Shown here: piece by piece, positions 49,495-56,777 of the stretch
Numbering within the stretch: the first letter of the stretch is position 1
How the letters are laid out: every line of letters starts with the position of its first letter
Assembly (NCBI GenBank): GCA_013334245.1
Contig: JAAXXZ010000002.1
Location: 21,166 to 85,165 of the forward strand
Origin: Candidatus Moraniibacteriota bacterium
GTDB lineage: Bacteria; Patescibacteriota; Minisyncoccia; Moranbacterales; UBA1568
Direction of reading: 5' to 3'
Length of the DNA: 64,000 bases
Made by a program: the position numbers and the translations under genes
Notes under the pieces: generated by a model
Databases searched by the model: none
What the model was told of the DNA's origin: nothing
Seen by the model: the letters and a program-made list of their open reading frames with translations, nothing else

Positions 49495-50967
49495 ATGAGC
49501 GTCAAGAAGAAGCCCGTAAAAAAGCCGGTGAAAAAGGGTTCGAAAAAGCCTGTGAAAAAGGTGGCCCCGAAGAAGCCCGTAAAAAAGACGTCTTCAAGCA
49601 AAGCGGCAATGAAAAAGCTGGTGAAAAAGGTTGTTTCGAAGAAGGTTCCAGCGAAAAAAGTAACATCGATACCGAAAAAGACCGTGAAAAAAGCACCGAT
49701 CAAGAAAGTCATCGCCAAGTCCGTTCCGAAGAAGGCTGCGCCAAAGAAAGCGGCACCGAAGAAACTTCCGTCGAAGCAGGCGAAGGCGGCGCCAAAAAAG
49801 AAGGTGTCCGCTCCGAAGTCGGAACCGAAGAAAACCAAGGCCGAGGTCAAGAAGGAAGAGAAGAATGACGCGTTCGAGGAGATCGTGAACCGTGGCAAGC
49901 AGCGCGGTTTCGTGACGGAAGACGAGATCATCCATATCCTCCCGGATGTCGAGACCGACCTCGATGCCCTTGAACGGTTGTATGGAAGTCTTGAAGAGGC
50001 CGGTGTCCGCGTGGTCACGTCCGACGAGATGCTCAAGGTGGAGACCGACCAGATTGCCGAGACCTTCGAGACCGTCAAGGAGAAGGTGCCGAAGAAGAAA
50101 TCCCAGGAGCGCCCTCAGCCGGTGGACGGTGAGGATGATACCTCCGATCTCGTGCAGATGTATCTTCGGGAAATCGGTCGTGTCGCGCTTCTGAACGCCG
50201 AGGAGGAAGTGCGTCTTGCCAAGAATATCGAAAAGGGCGATATCGCGTCCAAGCAGAAGCTGACCGAGGCAAACCTTCGTCTTGTGGTCTCGATCGCGAA
50301 GAAGTATGTCGGCCGTTCACACAATCTCTCCCTTCTCGATCTCATTCAGGAGGGGAATATGGGGTTGTTTCGCGCCGTCGAGAAATTCGATTATCGCAAG
50401 GGGTATAAGTTCTCGACGTATGCCACCTGGTGGATCCGTCAGGCCATCACCCGCGCACTCGCGGACCAGTCCCGTACTATCCGCATCCCGGTCCATATGG
50501 TGGAGACGATCAATAAGTATCTTCAGGTAACCCGACGACTGGTTCAGGACCTTGGCCGTGAACCGTTGCCGGAGGAGATCGCCGCGGAAATGGGCATGGA
50601 GGTTGACAAGGTCCGTCATATACAGAAGATCTCGCAGGAGACCGTCTCCCTCGAGACGTCCATCGGGGACAGCGACGATGATTCGGTGCTGGGCGATTTC
50701 ATCGAGGACACCGAAACCGTCATGCCGAACCAGTCCGCAGCACGAAAGCTCCTGAAAGAGCATATCGCCGACATTTTGGGCGAGCTGACTCCTCGCGAGC
50801 AGAAGATCCTTCGGATCCGGTTCGGTCTCGAGGACGGTGTGACTCATACGCTCGAGGAGGTCGGTCAGGAGTTCGGCGTCACTCGCGAGCGCATCCGACA
50901 GATCGAGGCCAAAGCGCTCGAGAAGATCCGCGAGCACGACAACGTGAAGAAGCTCCGGCATTACTAA
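49495..50967 (+). CDS. rpoD: Primary sigma factor with Lys/Ala/Pro-rich N-terminal extension
   Basis: [41 protein letters not shown]; follows dnaG. Confidence 0.97.
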   Translation: MSVKKKPVKKPVKKGSKKPVKKVAPKKPVKKTSSSKAAMKKLVKKVVSKKVPAKKVTSIPKKTVKKAPIKKVIAKSVPKKAAPKKAAPKKLPSKQAKAAPKKKVSAPKSEPKKTKAEVKKEEKNDAFEEIVNRGKQRGFVTEDEIIHILPDVETDLDALERLYGSLEEAGVRVVTSDEMLKVETDQIAETFETVKEKVPKKKSQERPQPVDGEDDTSDLVQMYLREIGRVALLNAEEEVRLAKNIEKGDIASKQKLTEANLRLVVSIAKKYVGRSHNLSLLDLIQEGNMGLFRAVEKFDYRKGYKFSTYATWWIRQAITRALADQSRTIRIPVHMVETINKYLQVTRRLVQDLGREPLPEEIAAEMGMEVDKVRHIQKISQETVSLETSIGDSDDDSVLGDFIEDTETVMPNQSAARKLLKEHIADILGELTPREQKILRIRFGLEDGVTHTLEEVGQEFGVTRERIRQIEAKALEKIREHDNVKKLRHY

Positions 50968-51121
50968 AACTCGTCGAAAGCATGCCCCGTAGCAGAGTCC
51001 GCGAGGCTTTACGGGGTCAAAAGCCCATAAAGTCTATCAAGTCGGAATGTGGGGGCTGAATCAGGAATAGGGAATAAGGAATCAGGAAAGAACGCAAGAA
51101 TCCGTCCGAAAGGGCGGATTC

Positions 51122-51150
51122 TTGCCAATATGGAAGGGTTTGGTTATACT
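51122..51150 (+). promoter_or_regulatory. Promoter of the tRNA-Asn/GIY-YIG unit
   Basis: TTGCCA-17 nt-TATACT. Confidence 0.65.
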
Positions 51151-51180
51151 GTCTCTGTTTCAAGTTCGCTTGAAAATCAG

Positions 51181-51232
51181 ATTCCGGTGTAGCTCAACCC
51201 AACGGGTCCCCTTCGGGGGCGGTAGGGCAGGG
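51181..51232 (+). pseudogene. tRNA-Asn 5'-half copy with a 22-nt double-hairpin insert in the D-loop
   Basis: attccggtgtagctca[acccaacgggtccccttcgggg]gcggtagggcaggg; degenerate second copy at 51496-51547. Confidence 0.8.
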
Positions 51233-51245
51233 TGAATTAAATGAT

Positions 51246-51608
51246 ATGAAGTATTTTGTTTATCTTCTGCAGAGCGAAAAAGATAAGCGTTTTTATATCG
51301 GTTCGACATCGGATCTTGAAAAAAGACTGACGTACCATAATCGCGGTTCGAACAAGTCGACACGGCATAGGAGACCGTTGAAGCTTGTACACGTCGAGGA
51401 GTACGATGAGAAGTCGGATGCGACGAAACGAGAATTTCTTCTGAAAAGTCCGAAAGGTTTTTTGGAAAAGAAGAGAATTATAGAAGATGTACGAAATTCC
51501 GGCGAACCTCAAACAAACGGGTTCCCTTCGGGTGTGGCAGAGCAGGAGAAAGGAGTTTCGTTTGATGAGAATGGTGATGTCTTGAAAGAGAATGATATTC
51601 CGGTGTAG
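51246..51608 (+). CDS. Small GIY-YIG nuclease family protein
   Basis: YFVYLLQS....FYIGST.DL..RL..HN.G, A..RE..LKS; stop codon lies inside tRNA-Asn. Confidence 0.9.
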   Translation: MKYFVYLLQSEKDKRFYIGSTSDLEKRLTYHNRGSNKSTRHRRPLKLVHVEEYDEKSDATKREFLLKSPKGFLEKKRIIEDVRNSGEPQTNGFPSGVAEQEKGVSFDENGDVLKENDIPV

Positions 51609-51670
51609 CTCAGCGGTAGAGCAGGGGACTGTTAATCCCTTGGTCGCAGGTTCGAATCCTGCCGCCGGAG
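51599..51670 (+). tRNA. tRNA-Asn (anticodon GTT)
   Basis: TCCGGTG/CGCCGGA acceptor stem, loop CTGTTAA, GGTTCGAATCC; CCA not encoded. Confidence 0.95.
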
Positions 51671-51754
51671 CCGACAAATGCAAGGCCACCCATTCGGGTG
51701 GCTTTTGCGTTTGCTTCGGCTCCGAGCGGAGCGAGTGAACGGTTTCACTCGCGT

Positions 51755-52051
51755 CAGGATTCGAAAGGCGGAGCGTCGTTCGGTCAGCAGACCGGACAGC
51801 GAGCCGGGGTCGAGGAATTATCCCGCGACGGCGGGATAATATTTGTGACCGAATCCGCCGCCGGATATTCAGATGTGCTTCCGTCAGGATGAGAACGCCG
51901 GAGCGTCTTTTGCCAGCAGGCAAAAGCGCTTGTCACGTCGCTCACGAACGACGTGATGAAACGGTGCCCAGCCCGAGGGGCGCGACGGCGCACCGAGAGG
52001 CGAGTCACGTCATTCGCGAACGACGTGGCGAGGGAGCATCCTGCCGCCGGA
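51755..52051 (+). repeat. Two tandem tRNA-Asn 3'-end-bounded structured elements
   Basis: caggattcgaa...gaatccgccgccgga (51755-51865) and caggatgagaac...atcctgccgccgga (51885-52051). Confidence 0.75.
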
Positions 52052-52375
52052 ACCCTGTGCCGTTTTCTGAATTTTCAGGGCATACTGCCGTTTACGAAAT
52101 ATGATGTTATTTGATTCTTCCAGTATTTCCAAAGATAACTTTACCGAAAGATTATCCGTCACGTTCAGGACAAGTCTATTCCCGAATTTCTCGTGCAACG
52201 GCCGAAGGAATTCATCTCCCCAGGAAGGGGAAAACGTGGTTACCCCGTCAAAATCGACGATGACATCTTGATTGTCTTTGACATCATTGAGAGTCGGAGT
52301 AAATGCTGAAAGCGCCTCTTTTCCGGCCTGGCGGGAGGTGAGGACAGTCCCGAATTTTTTCAGTTCGATGTTCAT
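52010..52375 (-). CDS. STAS-like (DUF4325) protein
   Basis: LTSRQAG, VDFDGV..FSPSWGDE. Confidence 0.8.
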   Translation of the reverse strand: MNIELKKFGTVLTSRQAGKEALSAFTPTLNDVKDNQDVIVDFDGVTTFSPSWGDEFLRPLHEKFGNRLVLNVTDNLSVKLSLEILEESNNIIFRKRQYALKIQKTAQGSGGRMLPRHVVRE

Positions 52376-52386
52376 ATCGGTCAATT

Positions 52387-53112
52387 CTAAAAAGTGATGT
52401 ACGTGAAGCATCCCGAAACGGTATCCGGCGTTTCCTGGATATCAAGGCCGGTCCTTTCCTTTGAGATTTCAACGGTCGCGTTACCGGTCTGAAAGAATAT
52501 GTCCATATTCGCGATCGGAGCGACTTTTCTCACGAACTTTAGTCCGTTGCCTCGTTCCTCGGGGGCTCTTCCGGAAAGAATCTCCGTGAACGCCGTCCTG
52601 AGCGCCTCCGCATCATTCTTCAGGGATGGCTTGACTCGCTTCAACGTTTTCAGGATGCCTTGTCCCTTGTCCGCGAGAACGATCTGTCCTTTTGCGACGT
52701 CATAGCCGAAAAATATGCCTCGGATATCCGGCCAGTTGCCGATATTATGATCGTAGGAGTTGTTCCCGATTTCGCTGGTAGCCGCCACGATAAGGGAAAA
52801 CGAGGCGCTGAGGTCGGGGTTTAACCGCAGATCTCGCTCCAGATTCTCGATTCTTGATTGAAATACGGCTGTGCTGGGACAGTAAAAGTCCGGAGGGGGC
52901 AGTGTTCCATTGGGAGCGTTCAGCCACTCTATCGCCTGGTTATACAAAGAGTCTCCCAGAAAAATTCGGATTTTTCGTACTGAAAAACGCCGACTCCCAC
53001 CCGGGGTCCGAATCGCGGTCAGTTTCCCGTTCTTATCCCACGCCCTGAGCGTGGTAGGGGTAACGCCGAGTATTTTCGCCGCCTTTCCTATCGATATGTA
53101 TTCTTCGTCCAT
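52387..53112 (-). CDS. MerR-type HTH fused to a HATPase-like domain
   Basis: SIGKAAKILGV...TLR.WD..G...RTPGGSRR; EIGNNSYDH, LADKGQGI, RGNGL. Confidence 0.8.
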   Translation of the reverse strand: MDEEYISIGKAAKILGVTPTTLRAWDKNGKLTAIRTPGGSRRFSVRKIRIFLGDSLYNQAIEWLNAPNGTLPPPDFYCPSTAVFQSRIENLERDLRLNPDLSASFSLIVAATSEIGNNSYDHNIGNWPDIRGIFFGYDVAKGQIVLADKGQGILKTLKRVKPSLKNDAEALRTAFTEILSGRAPEERGNGLKFVRKVAPIANMDIFFQTGNATVEISKERTGLDIQETPDTVSGCFTYITF

Positions 53113-53287
53113 ATTTCGGAAATATATTCACAGTGTATCAAAAGTTATAAATATTGTCAAAGAATATAAAAATATATAAATCTGAATATTATATATAAAT
53201 AAATCTTTACTCCCCGACATCTTCGGGAGGGAGTATGACTTCGATAATCCATCTTCTGATTTTGCGTAGCATTCGCATGGCGAATGA

Positions 53288-53983
53288 CTACTTCTCATTC
53301 TCGATTGCCACGTTCAGGAAGAAGATCGTTTCACTTTTCAGTTTCGCGCGGGCCCAGTCTTTTTGCGGTTCACCCAGGAGTTCTCCGAGGCCGTCGAGGA
53401 TATGCCGGTCGTCCATGTGCTCAAGCATATCGACGCACTTTTGCAGGGCCTCTTTGAAGGGGAGTCCGGAACGCTGCTCCGCTATTTCGCGGTTGATCTC
53501 CCAGCCTTGTTTGAAGAAATAATACACGTCGAAGACATCGCGGCTCGTTTTGCCGATCCGTTCGTACATGGCCATGAGCTTGTGCGCGAACATGTCCGGC
53601 TCGGTCATGACGAGCATGGAAATCCCCAGAAAGGTCTTCATCTCGTAGTTCGATCCGAACTGTCTTCGGTTGATCTCGATCTTTATATTCTGCGCTCCCG
53701 CCTCGTATGAAATAACGGTAAGCAGATTGAAGCGTTTTCTATGGGAATCCACGATGACCCCGTACGTTTCGGCGATTTTCTGGATTTTCCCGAACACGAA
53801 CTCCTCCTTGGAGTCGTCCAAGAGATCGAGATCGATATCGACCGAATATCGGTCGAGACCGTAGAAGAGCATCGCGGCCGTCCCGCCCTTGAATCCGAGG
53901 TACGGAGCGATAGTCGTATCGGTATAGATATCCTTGAGGATCCGGAGCAGGATGCTCTTATGTTTGGCGTAGTTCGCAGCCAT
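53288..53983 (-). CDS. AbiEii-family nucleotidyltransferase toxin (type IV TA)
   Basis: FKGGTA.ML.Y.L.R.SVDIDL, HKL.A, RDVFD. Confidence 0.9.
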   Translation of the reverse strand: MAANYAKHKSILLRILKDIYTDTTIAPYLGFKGGTAAMLFYGLDRYSVDIDLDLLDDSKEEFVFGKIQKIAETYGVIVDSHRKRFNLLTVISYEAGAQNIKIEINRRQFGSNYEMKTFLGISMLVMTEPDMFAHKLMAMYERIGKTSRDVFDVYYFFKQGWEINREIAEQRSGLPFKEALQKCVDMLEHMDDRHILDGLGELLGEPQKDWARAKLKSETIFFLNVAIENEK

Positions 53984-53984
53984 A

Positions 53985-54581
53985 TCATTTCGTGTTTATG
54001 AAGTTCCGGTGAAATTTCCGTACCTGTTTTTCCAGCCGCTTGTTGCCATATACGGGCAGGATTTCGAAAACCTTGTCCCAATCCAAGACATTCAGGCTAT
54101 CGAAGTAATATTCCTTGGTCACATACAACCGGTCCAGAAAAGCCCGCTCTTTCGTAGCCCAGGCGACGCCGTTTCTATGATCGATTCCCGTGGTATCGCT
54201 CAAGACGGAACTTTTCATGCGGACATAGTTGATTTTCTGACCGTTAGCCTCTATCTCGCGGTTCAGATACGATGCGACGAAGATATTCCCATAGTACTGG
54301 AAACTGACTCCTTCACGGGTCAAAACGGTCTCGAAGCCGATATAGGAGGGGGTATAGATCCGCGTCGCCAGCTCGTACCGGTCGTAGTTTTCGTCTTTGG
54401 CATACAGGCCATGGCGGACCCGTAACAGCTTCCCTGCGCGGATGTACTTCTTCAGGCGATTGGTGATGGTCGCACTCTCTGATTCGCCCCACAGCAAAGC
54501 CACGTCCTGAACGGAGAAGACGGTTTTCGATGATCGTAGCAGTATTTCCAGGAAATTTCCCTTTGAAGGTCTATTTTCCAT
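53985..54581 (-). CDS. AbiEi-like antitoxin/transcriptional regulator
   Basis: wHTH G.L.RVR.GLY, PSYIGFETVL, ATKERAFLD; directly upstream of abiEii. Confidence 0.85.
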   Translation of the reverse strand: MENRPSKGNFLEILLRSSKTVFSVQDVALLWGESESATITNRLKKYIRAGKLLRVRHGLYAKDENYDRYELATRIYTPSYIGFETVLTREGVSFQYYGNIFVASYLNREIEANGQKINYVRMKSSVLSDTTGIDHRNGVAWATKERAFLDRLYVTKEYYFDSLNVLDWDKVFEILPVYGNKRLEKQVRKFHRNFINTK

Positions 54582-54586
54582 ATATG

Positions 54587-54619
54587 TACTGATATGGTAC
54601 TTTAAGTACCCTTTCAGTA
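54587..54619. promoter_or_regulatory. Inverted repeat, putative AbiEi operator
   Basis: tactgatatggtactt-t-aagtaccctttcagta (14/16 match). Confidence 0.6.
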
Positions 54620-54651
54620 ACAATAGTAGCATATTTTGATACTGCGCGCAA

Positions 54652-54731
54652 GGACCCGGGTTTTTGATTGCTCAAGAAAGGCTTCACAAAGCGACACTTG
54701 CGACATCTTTGGGAGGGAGTATGATGATATG
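54652..54731 (+). repeat. Composite intergenic repeat shared with 53215-53238, 55675-55732 and 56541-56571
   Basis: Common core CGACATCTT; left arm repeated at 55675, right arm gggagggagtatga repeated at 53225 and 56551. Confidence 0.85.
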
Positions 54732-54782
54732 TAACCTTGGAAACGCACCTGACTTCTTTTCTGTTCTGGTATAAGGAATTAT

Positions 54783-55579
54783 ATGGAAAAACTTGAACTC
54801 AGGAATAGAAAAATCAGAAGATCGTCGGTATACTCGAGATGCCGGAGGGGCTAGTACATGGTACGGCTGTGGTTTTGCACGGTTTCGGTGGGATAAAGGA
54901 ACAGGATCATATTCTGAAGATGGCGGCCACATTCCGAGACAACGGATTTATCACGTTCAACTTTGATGCCACTAACTCTTTCGGCGAGAGTGAGGGGGAG
55001 TACTGGGACGCGCGGCTCGGGCTACACGCTGAGGATTTGGAGGATGTCGTGAAATGGGTGCGACAGCAGGTCTGGTTCAGGGAACCTCTGGCATTGACGG
55101 GGCACAGTATGGGCGGGTATGCCGTTGCTCGATACGCGGAACGATATCCGGACGAAGTCTCGATCCTTGTCCCGATCGCCCCGGTCGTTTCGGGCAAGCT
55201 TTCTTTTGAAGCGCATCATGAGGAAGACCCCGTCGCATTCGAGGAATTCAGGCGGCGTGGATTCAAAGAATCCGTGAGTCATACATCCGGTCGTCTCAAG
55301 CGTTCCTCGTGGGCGGAAATGGAGGAACGGCTGCATCATGATCTTTTGCCGGATGCGAAGAAACTCGTCATGCCGACGCTTCTGGTCGTCGGGTCGAAGG
55401 ACTTCTCGATCAGACCTCGGGATGTGCAATCACTCTACGACGCGCTTCCGGCGAGAAAAGACAACGAGATCCGGATTATCGAGGGGGCGCCGCACACGTA
55501 TCGAAGTCGGGAAGATGTCGATGCCTTGTATGAGATCATCTCGAACTGGTTGAAGGACTTGATGCTGAAGAAACATTAG
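54783..55579 (+). CDS. Alpha/beta hydrolase with an apparent 1-nt frameshift near the 5' end
   Basis: LHGFGG, GHSMGG, GSKD, GAPH; in-frame ORF starts 54839, upstream ATG 54783 is one base out of frame. Confidence 0.85.
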
Positions 55580-55790
55580 GAATAAGCCAGAAAAGGAGCC
55601 ATGCACCATTGTTGTGAACAGCTTCTATCCCGATTGAATCAATCAAAAACAACCAAAAACCCGGCCATCCACACGGACCCGGGTTTTTGATTGAGAAAAA
55701 AGGCTTCACAGAGCGACGCTTGCGACATCTTCTGAAAGTGAGCGCGTCATTATTAGCTCTTGAAAACAAGTGATTTCGTCTGTAGCTTGA

Positions 55791-56258
55791 TTATTTTATT
55801 GCATTCAATTCGACAGGAAAATTGTGAAGATTATCACATTCGCTGCAAATGTAGGTCATACTTCCAGCATAGCTCTCATTTAATCCTGTTATTGAAATAA
55901 CAAATGAGCCTGCTCCTTTTATCCTATGTTTTTGGTCAAAATAATTAATTACTCCTATTCTGTCCGGAGTAACAAAACCTTGAAGAATAAAAGCGACCTT
56001 TAGAATAGAGTTTGAAAAAACTTCATATTTACCGGTAATGCGTTTTCCATGCTGTGATATGGATAAAATACCTTTTTCGCCTTCGAACCACGGCTTTTGC
56101 CGGTCTTGATTGCCATACACAATTTCATATTTCCCTGAAATGTTCGGATAGAACTTCATAAACAGTGAATAATACCATTCAAATATCTTATTTTTTAGTA
56201 AATAAGCAATGAATGTGGCAAAGAGTGATGAAACGATGCCTGTAATGAAAGCGCTCAT
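55791..56258 (-). CDS. N-terminal TM plus beta-rich protein (possibly S-2TM-beta/Cap15-like)
   Basis: TM, then PNISGKY and successive beta strands; AT-rich. Confidence 0.55.
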   Translation of the reverse strand: MSAFITGIVSSLFATFIAYLLKNKIFEWYYSLFMKFYPNISGKYEIVYGNQDRQKPWFEGEKGILSISQHGKRITGKYEVFSNSILKVAFILQGFVTPDRIGVINYFDQKHRIKGAGSFVISITGLNESYAGSMTYICSECDNLHNFPVELNAIK

Positions 56259-56453
56259 AGGTTCGAAAATAGTAAAATAATTAAGCCAATACTATATATC
56301 ATACCCCAATTAAACCGAAATACAATTTTGCAGGAAAGTAATTTGGATGCCAAAATGAACTAGGCACTTTGCTCCCTTTGGGCCTAATTGTTTTAGGTAT
56401 TGGTTGCTGATATAAAAAAGGGTATACACATGAAGTGGCATACGCCTCTTTGG

Positions 56454-56489
56454 TTAATTGCTGGTCAAGCTGGCACCGGCACCGCCCAT
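56454..56489 (-). pseudogene. Degenerate micropeptide ORF MGGAGASLTSN
   Basis: Same length and MGGA start as 60577-60612; flanks resemble 60452-60487. Confidence 0.5.
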
Positions 56490-56777
56490 AAGGGATGCCT
56501 TTTTGGCGCAATCCTCGATTTTGAAACAAATCTGCCTTTTCGACATCTTCGGGAGGGAGTATGATGATATGAACTCCGAAATGTACAAATATCTGTTCCG
56601 GATTAATTCATATTTTTCCGGCCCGGAAGGCATAAGGGGGGGGTGCTGACGGGACAAAATGTACCTGATGCATTTTCTGAGATCAAAATGAGAAAGATGT
56701 TAATGATTTCTTTGCCTCATTAAATTAGCTTTGACTAAGGCTAGTTTGGGGCGTAGAATCTATAAAATCATTACTTT

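Noticed and set aside
51181-51670. Group I intron with a homing endonuclease in tRNA-Asn
   Set aside because: An intact uninterrupted tRNA is present and the non-coding space is too short for a ribozyme core
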